IMG/VR virus record: IMGVR_UViG_3300021197_001946
Length of the DNA stretch: 64,000 nucleotides
Direction: 5' to 3' (one strand)
From: an uncultured virus (IMG/VR IMGVR_UViG_3300021197_001946)
Lineage: Duplodnaviria > Heunggongvirae > Uroviricota > Caudoviricetes
Shown: positions 35,120-45,270 of the stretch, piece by piece
Position numbering within the stretch: position 1 is the stretch's first letter
Layout: each line of letters opens with the position of its first letter
Notes under the pieces: model-generated
What the model was told of the DNA's origin: nothing
Database searches by the model: none
What the model saw: only the letters and a program-made list of their open reading frames with translations
Translations under genes and position numbers: made by a program

Positions 35120-38100
35120 ATGTCAATACCCGCCACACCAAATAATACTGTTTCAGCTGTTGAGAAATGTAAACAAGGCGCCACCTCAACGGAAAGGGAT
35201 TGCACAACAAGGGCTGCGTCTGTACCAGATGATGGGCAATTATATGATTATCACGCCGCCCGTCATGAAGGTGTGCTGCGAAAGTACGATCCTGACCAAG
35301 ATCCATATACAATTGAAACTGATCCGATAAAATCCGCCATACGCGAGAAGGTAAATGAAAGCTATTCTGATGATGGCTCACTAAGCGCACTAGAGACTAT
35401 TGGTACGGTATGGGAGGGCGCCAAAGCCAGTCTATTTGTTTATGGAGCCGGCGCAATCATGCCATCGGTTGAGTTCGGTGGCCTGGAACAGTCCTCAAAC
35501 TCCACAGTTCGAAGAGGGATTACCAAGTCTGAGGCTATCAAAACGGCTTGTCAAGCCGTAGGTTCTTATAAGCGCGAAGAATGCGCAGCAGCGTACAACG
35601 AGCCTGACCGCGTAGACAGATTGTTCGGCAAATCCCGTGATCTTGTCGCTGAACGAGGGAGCGCAGCCGCTATACAAAATGCAGCCGGCAACATTGCCGA
35701 GTGTATGGAAAATCTTAGCAAAGCACAAGCGGCCCTGAAAACGAAGTTCGATACTTTTGTTAACTCTATGGCAGCCCCTGAAAATATGGGATTTAGAGCA
35801 GAAGAAATAGGAGCTTGGAATTCATTAAAAAAGGGTGAACTCAATGCAGGCTGGAACGAGTCCGATGATGGTGGTACGTACAATGCTGGTGAATTGTTGA
35901 AGAGTTGGACGGGCGGTGGCGGAGATTGGTATGCGGCCCTTAGCCCCTACCGGCGCCCAGCGGGAATCCCTAGTTATGATGCAGAAACAGAAAAGTTTAA
36001 TCTTCAAGATCCTTTAGGTGCCGGCGAAACGGTGGCAAAATCTGATTATCCTGTTGGTTGGGTTACGATGTTGAGTGTTTTGATTGGACAAACAAATAAA
36101 ATAATCGAGAACACAATCAGCCAGTCACAAGCTCTAACCGTACGCACGGACCCAGGCGGATCATTTGCTAAAGGTGTGATACAAGCCCATATCGCCGGCA
36201 AAAGTACTTCCCAGGAAACTGGCGAAACAGGCCTTATAACGAATGAGGCTTATGGGGCACAGCTTTACAATTTAGTTAAAAATGGTGGTGGCTGGTTTAA
36301 TCCCCAGCAGAGCGATCAAGATCCGGCAAGAACTGTTCCAGATGGTGTTGACATGTCTCCCACAACGCCAAGTTCGATATGTAATGTTTGCAAAACCGCC
36401 GCGCGGATACTGCAGAACATCGAAGGTATTCCAAAAAAGCAAGGTAATTATTTAGATGCAAACTTAGGTGGTATATGTGAATTAATCGATCAAATCACTA
36501 AAGATACCGAATGTATAGTAGAGAACTACCAGGATCTCTTAGATGAAGAAAATAAATTAGATGAAGAAATTAAAGATATGGCCGATGACCTCGGCCTTGA
36601 TGAGGATAATCCGGCTGTGCAAGATGCTATCGCTGCCATTGCAGCCGAAGGCTTAACTTCTGATTATTTTAATCGCTCAAAAACCATTTTTAAAGAACAA
36701 TGTTGGCTTCTTGCGTATGTTGATTCTATTGCAGAATATAAAAAATATGTTTTAGATAATCCAATAAAAGTCACCGACACAACCTTTCAAGAGGGTACTG
36801 CGCACAAGCGTTTGCCATATATCCCAACAACAGATAAACTTACAGCAGCAACATCTAAAAGCACTGGCGATAACAACAGCCACAATGCTTCGCTTTTAAT
36901 AGACGGAGACCCGTATGGGTTTCTCAACCACCTGGTAGTTCCCGAAACAATAGGCAGTTTGATGGATATGAAACCCCATGAGATTTCAGGGTTACAGCCC
37001 AGGATAAGGCTTTTTAAGATTGAGTATGATATGAACGGGGACGATCTTTATGAGTATGAAATACCATTTGATTCTCACTTTACCGGTTTAGAATCAACCA
37101 CTCTTGGTGTAAAGCCGTTTCTAAAAAGAGGCGCCCGCGGTACTGGCGTCGGTATTAAAAGTTTTAACTTTGTATATGACGGTACCAACCCGTTCGCAGT
37201 CAAAAAAAGCATCTCAGCAAATTTAAAAATATTTGCCAACAATATGAATGAATTGTTACAAGAGAGGGGGACCATATCGGGCCGTAACTCATATGAAACA
37301 TTTAGATATACCGATCTGGCTATGAAGACTGGAAAATCAATAGGAGCCGACCGCGCGGACATATGTCTTGATTTAGATAAAGAAAATACTGTCCGAGCAC
37401 CCCTAAATTTCAGATTAAAAGCAAACATAGGCTGGGCCAAACCACAAACCCAAGGAGCCCTTTCAAGCAATGTGTATAGCGCATTAGACGATTCATATGT
37501 CACTCTTAACTTGACCCCAACAGTTCATAACTTTGAAATCGACGAACAGGGAAGAGTGGTATTCAACATTAATTACCTGGCTTACATTGACGAGTTTTTT
37601 GATCAAAGTATGTTTAATATATTTGCCAATGCTGATTTTAATGCTGGGTTTGGTGGTCCGCTATTGGTTTCAACTTCACGACACATCAGAGATATGCGTG
37701 TTGAGACAATTTCAAAAACCTGCGGTCAAGATAAGAGAGAAACAAGACTTGAAGAAGATATGGACTTGGTTAAAAAAGAAACCACAAATAGTTTATCTTA
37801 TTTGATTACGTCACTGATAGATCGAGACAAGATCTATTATGTTAATCTGCCGTTCGAAAAAGTGCGCACCTTTAATATGTTTGGCCCCTATAGGGACTAC
37901 GAAAAGGTAGCAGCAAACATATTTAACCCGGATGATGCCACTAATAGTATTATAATGAACAGTGAAGATAGTGATGCTCAGATTTACTCAGGAATAGCAG
38001 ATGCTATGAGATCCTTTGAAAGTGCATATGGCGAAACTGATGGGGATAAACGAGCCGAATTCACAAAAAACATATCGGCCTCCATGATTGGGGCAAATCC

Positions 38101-39394
38101 AAACCTGAACTCACTGGGCTTCTTCTATCTCAGCGATCTTGTTGATATAGTGCTAATGAATATTGATGAAGAATTAGGCAAATTACCAAAAGAATTAAAT
38201 GAAAGATTTGTAGGTGATAACCCAAGCTTAGATAAAGAAGATTATTTTGTCACAGATGAGCAAATATACGAAAAACAACACTTATTTAGAAGAACAAAAA
38301 AGAATTTTGAGAGTCTGCGAATTATATTAGGGCCGGCTGAATTTTTTACCAAAAGGTCAAAACAGGATTTGCAGAAAAGGCTAAGCGTATTTGTTAATTT
38401 AGGAGATGTTCCGATATCTGTCAAATACTTTGTAGAATTCTTGACAGATAAGATGTTAGCTTCATCAAAATCTTCATATTCATTAACATTGTTCTTAAAT
38501 GATTTGTTAAACAATCTAACAAGAGACTTTCTAAATAATGATGATTGCTTCAAGTTTACTATCAAACAAAAAACAAGAATTAACCAAACTGCAGTAACGG
38601 CGTATGGTTCCGCTACAAAAGTCACCGATCAGGTTGCATTAGATCCTATTACGAATAGGATTATTGATAAAAATATATTAAAATATCCAGATAATCTAGA
38701 TTATGCATTCGCTGAAAGAAGAATTCATCGAAACGATTTATCGCAAGCAATCTTAGATGTATCGGGGCCCCCTGGGAGCGCAGTAACAAAAATAGGCATC
38801 CAGAATGAATTCAACTGCTTTGTGTACTTTGCTGCCAGGACACAACCTACTGAGTTAATGAGAGGAAAAAAATACCAATGGACAGAAGACAGGGTAACAT
38901 ACCCCGGCGATCATGAGCGAGGAATATTTCATTACTTATTAGGAAGAAATAGGGGTCTCATAAAAAATATTAAACTTTCAAAAACAGAAACAAAAGGTTT
39001 AGCAGAAGTGAGATATGAGACTAATGGTTATGACGGCTTAGAACAACTGAGAGTTGTGTACGATGTAGAAATTGACTGCTACTCAAACGTTAATACCTTC
39101 CCGGGCACTTATATCTACATTGATCCGAACGGTTTTGCTCCGGACGACTACCCTGGAAAATTTAGCTTGACAGATTTGGGTGTAGGAGGTTATTATATGA
39201 TAATCCGCTCAGAGCACGAATTTGGTTCTGGCTACGCTAACACTAGATTGGTTGCCAAATGGGTACATTCAATAGAAAAGGCCCTAGAAATGGAAGAGTG
39301 CAGAATTAAAAAGGACAAAGAAAGCGGGAACGGTGTCGAGTTTAACACGCGCTGTAAATATTACACAGATAGGGAGTCACAGGCAAAGACCTGA
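35120..39394 (+). CDS. Large baseplate hub-like structural protein
   Basis: 1424 aa; C-terminal FPGTYIYIDP...GVGGYYMIIRSEH resembles hub proteins; position. Confidence 0.5.
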   Translation: MSIPATPNNTVSAVEKCKQGATSTERDCTTRAASVPDDGQLYDYHAARHEGVLRKYDPDQDPYTIETDPIKSAIREKVNESYSDDGSLSALETIGTVWEGAKASLFVYGAGAIMPSVEFGGLEQSSNSTVRRGITKSEAIKTACQAVGSYKREECAAAYNEPDRVDRLFGKSRDLVAERGSAAAIQNAAGNIAECMENLSKAQAALKTKFDTFVNSMAAPENMGFRAEEIGAWNSLKKGELNAGWNESDDGGTYNAGELLKSWTGGGGDWYAALSPYRRPAGIPSYDAETEKFNLQDPLGAGETVAKSDYPVGWVTMLSVLIGQTNKIIENTISQSQALTVRTDPGGSFAKGVIQAHIAGKSTSQETGETGLITNEAYGAQLYNLVKNGGGWFNPQQSDQDPARTVPDGVDMSPTTPSSICNVCKTAARILQNIEGIPKKQGNYLDANLGGICELIDQITKDTECIVENYQDLLDEENKLDEEIKDMADDLGLDEDNPAVQDAIAAIAAEGLTSDYFNRSKTIFKEQCWLLAYVDSIAEYKKYVLDNPIKVTDTTFQEGTAHKRLPYIPTTDKLTAATSKSTGDNNSHNASLLIDGDPYGFLNHLVVPETIGSLMDMKPHEISGLQPRIRLFKIEYDMNGDDLYEYEIPFDSHFTGLESTTLGVKPFLKRGARGTGVGIKSFNFVYDGTNPFAVKKSISANLKIFANNMNELLQERGTISGRNSYETFRYTDLAMKTGKSIGADRADICLDLDKENTVRAPLNFRLKANIGWAKPQTQGALSSNVYSALDDSYVTLNLTPTVHNFEIDEQGRVVFNINYLAYIDEFFDQSMFNIFANADFNAGFGGPLLVSTSRHIRDMRVETISKTCGQDKRETRLEEDMDLVKKETTNSLSYLITSLIDRDKIYYVNLPFEKVRTFNMFGPYRDYEKVAANIFNPDDATNSIIMNSEDSDAQIYSGIADAMRSFESAYGETDGDKRAEFTKNISASMIGANPNLNSLGFFYLSDLVDIVLMNIDEELGKLPKELNERFVGDNPSLDKEDYFVTDEQIYEKQHLFRRTKKNFESLRIILGPAEFFTKRSKQDLQKRLSVFVNLGDVPISVKYFVEFLTDKMLASSKSSYSLTLFLNDLLNNLTRDFLNNDDCFKFTIKQKTRINQTAVTAYGSATKVTDQVALDPITNRIIDKNILKYPDNLDYAFAERRIHRNDLSQAILDVSGPPGSAVTKIGIQNEFNCFVYFAARTQPTELMRGKKYQWTEDRVTYPGDHERGIFHYLLGRNRGLIKNIKLSKTETKGLAEVRYETNGYDGLEQLRVVYDVEIDCYSNVNTFPGTYIYIDPNGFAPDDYPGKFSLTDLGVGGYYMIIRSEHEFGSGYANTRLVAKWVHSIEKALEMEECRIKKDKESGNGVEFNTRCKYYTDRESQAKT

Positions 39395-39405
39395 TAAGTT
39401 AATAA

Positions 39406-40653
39406 ATGTCAGAATTTTATATACAAGATAATCGCGAATCAACTAAAAATGCATTCAATAAAAAGATCATTTACAAGGATGCTGTAAATAACGCTAATGG
39501 TCGCAATCACAATAATGTTGTTAATTTTAATTTTGGTGAAAAGGTATTGTATGGTCGTATAAAAAGAAACGGAACCCCCATTTGTATGATTGAGAGACAA
39601 AACTTGAGACCGATAAAAAATTCCGCTGATCCTACCAAAAACCCACTGTTCGCAATGCACTTTGTGGTAGATGTTTTCGATGAGATGTGCCTACAATATG
39701 AAAAGTGTGTACAATCAGGACAAATAAGAGCGGATTCTGAATTTTTATCAAACCTTAAAGCTTATAAAGCATATGCAAACCCCATTGAGGCATACAATTC
39801 ATATCGCCAATATTATGATAATCGTTTGGCCGGCCTGTTCAAAAAGAATAACTACACACCTGAGAACTTTTCCGAATTCGCCGAAAGTATAGATAACATT
39901 TTAAAGTTCGTTTCTCGTGAGGTAAGGTTTACATTACCAGGTTTTGTTAAATCAAGAAATAATAGTATCCTAACATCTGCGATTGCCATAGAGGTTGCAA
40001 ACAAAGTAAAATACAGCAACGACGACGATAAAATCAGTAAATTTATAATGGATCCCAACTGGGAGTTTTTTGTGCAAACTTGCGATTCATATGGATTTAT
40101 GATAGATCTTAATATTCCTTGGAGAATAGTTGCCGATTTGGATTCGAAAATTATGAAAAGCAGATCCGCACAGTTTGGCGCCACCAATGTGACATCTATG
40201 TTAAATGACTATTACAACACAGCCCACAGTTCTCATTTCATAAATTTTGTCAGTGACCTGTTAGGTCTCTACAATTCAGTAAAGACCAAAAAAATACAGA
40301 AATACTATACTTGTGAAGATGGGAGCACAAAAACCGTATATAGTGAACCTCGCAACTATACTGCTCTTGGTCTATTAGAAGAATATGGTACTGATTATTT
40401 TTTAAAATTGTATGCCACACTTAGAATATATGAAGAAATACCAAATGTCAGTGAGGCTGCTCGCAATAGGCTAATTGGCGAGATCTTGGGGTACTCAAAG
40501 CTAGACGTCGCGGGTATTATAGAAAATTTTGAAATTTTAATCAATAAAGAGTTTGACAAAGTCGGCTCTTTTAGTTATATTAGTAAAAGCAAGAAAGCTG
40601 TTGAAAAATCTGATTTTGAAAGCGGGGAAACAAGTGCTATTTCAAGCTATTGA
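39406..40653 (+). CDS. Hypothetical protein
   Basis: ORF at the end of the virion module. Confidence 0.7.
   Translation: MSEFYIQDNRESTKNAFNKKIIYKDAVNNANGRNHNNVVNFNFGEKVLYGRIKRNGTPICMIERQNLRPIKNSADPTKNPLFAMHFVVDVFDEMCLQYEKCVQSGQIRADSEFLSNLKAYKAYANPIEAYNSYRQYYDNRLAGLFKKNNYTPENFSEFAESIDNILKFVSREVRFTLPGFVKSRNNSILTSAIAIEVANKVKYSNDDDKISKFIMDPNWEFFVQTCDSYGFMIDLNIPWRIVADLDSKIMKSRSAQFGATNVTSMLNDYYNTAHSSHFINFVSDLLGLYNSVKTKKIQKYYTCEDGSTKTVYSEPRNYTALGLLEEYGTDYFLKLYATLRIYEEIPNVSEAARNRLIGEILGYSKLDVAGIIENFEILINKEFDKVGSFSYISKSKKAVEKSDFESGETSAISSY
40553..40581 (+). promoter_or_regulatory. Sigma70-type promoter
   Basis: TTGACA-17 nt-TATATT. Confidence 0.6.
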
Positions 40654-41803
40654 TGATAAGAATGAATGCATCGGCATATATGCCAACGGAAAACTTGACT
40701 TTAAAAACATCCCGGAAAATCTGACCAAGACTTGGAAGTACAGTGGCTCAGTGCGGAATGATAAAGTTGAATATGCGTGGTTGTATTCGGGTGGCAAAAA
40801 TTTGCAAGAGTGTTGCCCAAATGAGTATATTGAAGAATTGACGAGTGCACAAAAAAAGATGCGTGCATATGTGAAATCCTTCGAGATAGCGAGAGTTAAT
40901 CTTCGCGATCATTGTGTTTTTGAACTTGTGCCTCATGATTTTTTAGTAGAATTTTGTGAGATTAAAAACAAGATTACTCAACACGTATTTGATTCATACG
41001 ATAAGCCCTCAAACTACGGACATTTAGATTCAGTCCAAAAGCTACTGCACAAAATACGTTACCAAGGCCTCAATATAGACGCGTCTGACTGTAAGCACTT
41101 GATGGTCTCGACCATTCACCGGAATAAAATCCAGCAAATGAAAAAGTATAATTTTATAGATTATGATCTTTTCGGCACTGTCACTGGGCGCCTGACTACA
41201 AAGCAAAACTCCTTTCCTATGCTGACCCTCAAAAAAGAAATTAGACAAATTGTAAAACCAAACAATGATCTATTCATAGCTCTTGATTATAATGGTGCTG
41301 AAGTCCGGACCCTCCTGGACCTACAAGGCGCAGAGCAACCTATGGAAGATATCCACAATTGGAACAGCAAACACCTTTTTGAACAAGAGGTAAGTCGGGA
41401 AGAGTGTAAGGTGCGCTTTTTTGCGTGGCTGTATGACCCGGATTCAACTGAGATAAGGACAGACTATTATGATCGTGAGAGTTTGTTAGATAAATGGTAT
41501 GATGGAACTTATATCACAACACCATATGGTCGCCGAATTGAAGTTGAGAAGAGAAAGGCATTCAACTATCTGATCCAAAGCACAACAGCGGATCGTGTGC
41601 TTGAAAAGGCAGTTAAAATTGATGATGTGCTCGATGGCCATGAAAGCTATGTATCACATATCATACACGACGAAATTGTTTTAGATTATAGTGATTGTGA
41701 CCGGGATCTGATTCCGCTGATTAAAGAAATTTTTGAAGACGGTTATATGGCCAGCGCAAGTGGCGGGAAGGATGGGTACAATCTTAAAGAGTTGAACATA
41801 TGA
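40634..41803 (+). CDS. Minimal family A DNA polymerase (polymerase domain only)
   Basis: TVTGRL, motif A ALDYNGAEVR, motif B-like REECKVRFFAWLY, NYLIQSTTAD, motif C IIHDE; likely GTG start 40634. Confidence 0.8.
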   Translation: MLFQAIDDKNECIGIYANGKLDFKNIPENLTKTWKYSGSVRNDKVEYAWLYSGGKNLQECCPNEYIEELTSAQKKMRAYVKSFEIARVNLRDHCVFELVPHDFLVEFCEIKNKITQHVFDSYDKPSNYGHLDSVQKLLHKIRYQGLNIDASDCKHLMVSTIHRNKIQQMKKYNFIDYDLFGTVTGRLTTKQNSFPMLTLKKEIRQIVKPNNDLFIALDYNGAEVRTLLDLQGAEQPMEDIHNWNSKHLFEQEVSREECKVRFFAWLYDPDSTEIRTDYYDRESLLDKWYDGTYITTPYGRRIEVEKRKAFNYLIQSTTADRVLEKAVKIDDVLDGHESYVSHIIHDEIVLDYSDCDRDLIPLIKEIFEDGYMASASGGKDGYNLKELNI

Positions 41804-42663
41804 TTTCAATTATTGGCCTAGGAAATGCAGCCTCATCGGTTGCAGAACTTTTCTCGGAGATTAAGCAATATAAAGTGTACAAGCTCAATTCAAAAGTTGA
41901 GAAGAATACAAAATACAATTTTAAGCTAAAATCATTTGACAACCCTGAAGAATACGAGTATAATATACCTAACCTTAAAACGTTCTTTAAAAGCATTAAC
42001 GATAATATACAATTCCTTATAATGGGAGGCTCGCTGAGTTCTAACTATGCACTAGGGGTCCTCGAACAACTGAGAGGCAAAAAGGTCGACTTAATTTATA
42101 TACAGCCTGACACCGAGTTGCTGACAGGGATCCCTGTTCTTGTAGAAAATACGACATTTGGTGTTTTGCAAGAATACGCCCGATCAGGCCTTGTAAACTC
42201 GATCACTCTGATTTCCAACTTGTCTATTGAGGAATCGTTAGGAGATATCAACATCAAAAACTATTATGAGTCCTTGAATAATTTCATTTTCTCTACAGTA
42301 CATCATTTGAATTATTTCACACATTCAGAGCCAGAGATTGGCCAGGTATCACGCCCAGCAGAGATAAATCGGATCCGAGCCGTCGCAGGACTCAACATGA
42401 AGAATATTGAAGAAAAATGGTTTTTTAACCTTGACAGCCCGCGGGAATTATGTTATTATTTAGCTATCAATACAGAAAGATTAGAAACAGAGGGAGGATT
42501 GCACAAGAAGATTGTCGATATGCTTAAGCAAAAGCCTAAGAATGCATTTCGTAAAATTTCATATGCAATCTATGAAACACCCTACAACGACTTTGGGTTC
42601 TGCGTTGCCCATACTAACGTAGTACAAACCAAAAAAACTCTTGACAAGCTTGAGCAAGAGTGA
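41800..42663 (+). CDS. Tubulin/FtsZ-family (PhuZ/TubZ-like) protein with degenerate signature
   Basis: IIGLGNAASSVAE N-terminus, MGGSLSS in place of GGGTGSG, IQP..E, LISN, YESLN. Confidence 0.65.
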   Translation: MISIIGLGNAASSVAELFSEIKQYKVYKLNSKVEKNTKYNFKLKSFDNPEEYEYNIPNLKTFFKSINDNIQFLIMGGSLSSNYALGVLEQLRGKKVDLIYIQPDTELLTGIPVLVENTTFGVLQEYARSGLVNSITLISNLSIEESLGDINIKNYYESLNNFIFSTVHHLNYFTHSEPEIGQVSRPAEINRIRAVAGLNMKNIEEKWFFNLDSPRELCYYLAINTERLETEGGLHKKIVDMLKQKPKNAFRKISYAIYETPYNDFGFCVAHTNVVQTKKTLDKLEQE

Positions 42664-42669
42664 TACATT
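42641..42669 (+). promoter_or_regulatory. Sigma70-type promoter for SSB gene
   Basis: TTGACA-17 nt-TACATT with extended TG; a second one at 42431 (TTGACA-17-TATTAT). Confidence 0.65.
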
Positions 42670-42721
42670 AGATGCTGTGGAACGCACAGTATACTTTACA
42701 AACAAATAGGAGAAAATACTA

Positions 42722-43492
42722 ATGTCAATCAATATGGAACTAATGAGAAAAAAGCTTGCCACTCTACGTGGCGAGGGAACCAAGGATACCAACTCAGTTT
42801 GGTTCAAGCCAGACGAGGGTGACACCGATATCCGTATCGTACCTTCTAACGATGGCGATCCTTTGAAGGAAATGTTCTTCCACTATAACGTGGGCGAGCA
42901 TAAGGGCGGTGTCTTGTGTCCGAAGCGAAACTTCGGTGACGAATGCCCAATTTGCGAATTCGCTTCTTCACTATGGCGTGAAGGAGTTGACAACAACGAC
43001 GATGAGAGCAAGAAGCTTGCAAAGAGCCTCTTTGTGCGAACCCGCTACTTCTCGCCAGTCGTTGTGCGAGGTCGAGAAGAAGAAGGAATTAAGGTGTACG
43101 GCTACGGTAAGCAGGCCTATGAACTTCTTCTTGGATATATTCTCGATCCAGAATACGGTGATATCACAGATTCCAAGGAGGGAACCGATATCACTCTCAC
43201 TTACACCAAGCCTAATAAGCCTGGTGCATATCCACAGACGAGCCTCAAGATGCGCCGCAACACATCCACATTGTTGGAAGACGCAGAAGCGATCCCCGCC
43301 CTCCTTGATCGCATGCCAGACTTTGACGGACTTTTTGAACGTCTTAGTCCCCAACAAGTCGGTGCTATCTTGGACGAACAACTTTCCGGGGATTCCTCCG
43401 CGGAAGGACGATCGTCTACAACAGCCAAATATGGTCCTGCCAACGGTAAGAGCAGTGTTGACCAAGCATTCGATGAACTAATGAGTGGCTAA
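42722..43492 (+). CDS. Single-stranded DNA-binding protein (gp32-like)
   Basis: IRIVP, CPKRNFGDECPICE zinc site, YGDITD..EGTDI, acidic tail AFDELM. Confidence 0.85.
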   Translation: MSINMELMRKKLATLRGEGTKDTNSVWFKPDEGDTDIRIVPSNDGDPLKEMFFHYNVGEHKGGVLCPKRNFGDECPICEFASSLWREGVDNNDDESKKLAKSLFVRTRYFSPVVVRGREEEGIKVYGYGKQAYELLLGYILDPEYGDITDSKEGTDITLTYTKPNKPGAYPQTSLKMRRNTSTLLEDAEAIPALLDRMPDFDGLFERLSPQQVGAILDEQLSGDSSAEGRSSTTAKYGPANGKSSVDQAFDELMSG

Positions 43493-43516
43493 TGTAAATA
43501 GGCTCTAGTGAAACCG

Positions 43517-43555
43517 ATGGCAGAGCGGGGTTGAAAATACTCTGCCATTTTTTTT
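43517..43555 (+). terminator. Stem-loop plus T-run after SSB (terminator/possible pseudoknot)
   Basis: ATGGCAGAG...CTCTGCCAT followed by a T run. Confidence 0.65.
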
Positions 43556-43574
43556 AACATCAAGGAGAAAAGAT

Positions 43575-43817
43575 ATGTTAGAATCATTGAAATCGCTGTG
43601 GGCGCGCTGGAAAGTCCAAGTAACAGTAGTCGGAGGCGTCTTAGTCGTCGCAACCGCTTATGGAACTTGTTCTTTCGACCCACAGACTGTATCTGAGGTA
43701 TCAGTGGAGCCTGCGGTCGAAGTGACCACGGCGACACCTACGGTGCCCGTATCAGAGGTAACTCCAGTTACTACTGAAGATGCATCCAATACAGAAACTA
43801 CCACCACTGGTGAGTAA
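43575..43817 (+). CDS. Small membrane/exported protein with Thr/Glu-rich tail
   Basis: AGGAG RBS; hydrophobic VTVVGGVLVVATAYGTC. Confidence 0.65.
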   Translation: MLESLKSLWARWKVQVTVVGGVLVVATAYGTCSFDPQTVSEVSVEPAVEVTTATPTVPVSEVTPVTTEDASNTETTTTGE

Positions 43818-44046
43818 AANNNNNNNNNNNNNNNNNNNNNNNNNNNNNNNNNNNNNNNNNNNNNNNNNNNNNNNNNNNNNNNNNNNNNNNNNNNNNNNNN
43901 NNNNNNNNNNNNNNNNNNNCTGAGGTATCAGTGGAGCCTGCGGTCGAAGTGACCACGGCGACACCTACGGTGCCCGTATCAGAGGTAACTCCAGTTACTA
44001 CTGAAGATGCATCCAATACAGAAACTACCACCACTGGTGAGTAAAA
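43693..44046. other. Scaffold gap (100 N, 43820-43919) with identical 127-nt flanking duplication
   Basis: 43693-43819 equals 43920-44046. Confidence 0.9.
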
Positions 44047-44111
44047 CAAAAGCCGCTGGCAGACCGGTAAAAAGTCTGCCGCACTTTAAACTATACTATT
44101 AAGGAGGGCAC

Positions 44112-45260
44112 GTGCCTAAAAAAGTAAAACCAAAGGCCGGCCGCGTCGATATGCAAGATCTGATGAGGCTCGTTAACAAGAAGGCAGGCAGAAATGTTGC
44201 TCATGACCTAACGGGCGATAATCCCACATCGGTTAAAGAGTGGATCCCGACAGGCTCCCGGTGGCTTGATTCTATTATCTGCAAAGGCCGTGTTGCCGGC
44301 ATCCCAGTAGGGAAGGTGACGGAGATTGCAGGTCTTGAATCAACGGGTAAATCTTATATGGCCGCACAGATTGCAGCAAATGCCCAGAAACAGGGCAAGC
44401 TTGTGGTATATTTTGATTCCGAATCAGCAATCGACCCAAGTTTTTTAGAGCGCTCAGGGTGCGATTTAAACCGCTTAATGTACGTTCAAGCATCCTCTGT
44501 CGAGTTTGTATTGGAGACTATTGAAGAGCTTCTTGGAGCTACTGATGAGAAACTAGTTTTAATCTGGGATTCTTTGGCTTTTACACCATCGATCTCGGAC
44601 GTTGAAGGTGACTTCAATCCACAATCATCAATGGCTGTTAAGGCTCGTATCTTGGCCAAAGGAATGTCGAAGCTGACTATTCCACTGGCAGATAAGCAAG
44701 CTACGTTTATTGTTCTTAACCAGTTGAAAACAAATATCCCACAAGGCCCAACGGCACGTATTATAGCGATGACAACGCCATATATCACACCGGGTGGAAA
44801 AGCTATGCATTACGCATATTCGTTGCGTATCTGGCTCACTGGCCGAAAAGCAAAGTCTTCGTTCATTGAAGACGATAAGGGCTTTCGAATCGGCTCGGAA
44901 GTCAAAGTCAAGCTTGAGAAATCAAGGTTTGGCACGCAAGGCCGCTCTTGTGCTTTCCGTATTCTTTGGGGAACTGAAGAAATTGGCATTCGAGATGAGG
45001 AAAGCTGGTTCGATGCCATCAAGGGGGCAGATAGCCTAACATCTGCAGGCGCTTGGTATACCTTATCGACAACAGACGGATATACAAAGAAGTTTCAACC
45101 ATCAAAGTGGACCGATCTTATTGAGACCGATGAAGAATTTCGTGCGCACGTTATTAAAATTATGGACGAAGAAATTGTGCAGAAATTCGATAAACGCGAA
45201 GGTGACGCTAGTACATATTATGAAGATCAAGAGGACTTGACTGTCCCAGTAAAAGAATAA
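44112..45260 (+). CDS. recA: RecA/UvsX recombinase
   Basis: IPTGS, GIPVGKVTEIAGLESTGKS, FDSE, IWDS, NQL, TPGGKA. Confidence 0.93.
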   Translation: MPKKVKPKAGRVDMQDLMRLVNKKAGRNVAHDLTGDNPTSVKEWIPTGSRWLDSIICKGRVAGIPVGKVTEIAGLESTGKSYMAAQIAANAQKQGKLVVYFDSESAIDPSFLERSGCDLNRLMYVQASSVEFVLETIEELLGATDEKLVLIWDSLAFTPSISDVEGDFNPQSSMAVKARILAKGMSKLTIPLADKQATFIVLNQLKTNIPQGPTARIIAMTTPYITPGGKAMHYAYSLRIWLTGRKAKSSFIEDDKGFRIGSEVKVKLEKSRFGTQGRSCAFRILWGTEEIGIRDEESWFDAIKGADSLTSAGAWYTLSTTDGYTKKFQPSKWTDLIETDEEFRAHVIKIMDEEIVQKFDKREGDASTYYEDQEDLTVPVKE

Positions 45261-45270
45261 GGATTAAAAA

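Noticed and set aside
40553..40633. TTG start for PolA given in the ORF track
   Set aside because: The TTG is part of a TTGACA -35 box; GTG 40634 after GGGG is more plausible
41800..42663. Evidence for a nucleus-forming (chimallin) phage
   Set aside because: Tubulin alone is insufficient; virion genes are T4-like, and no chimallin or multisubunit RNAP is seen here
43693..44046. 127-nt exact direct repeat
   Set aside because: It flanks a 100-N scaffold gap and is identical: an unmerged contig overlap, not biology
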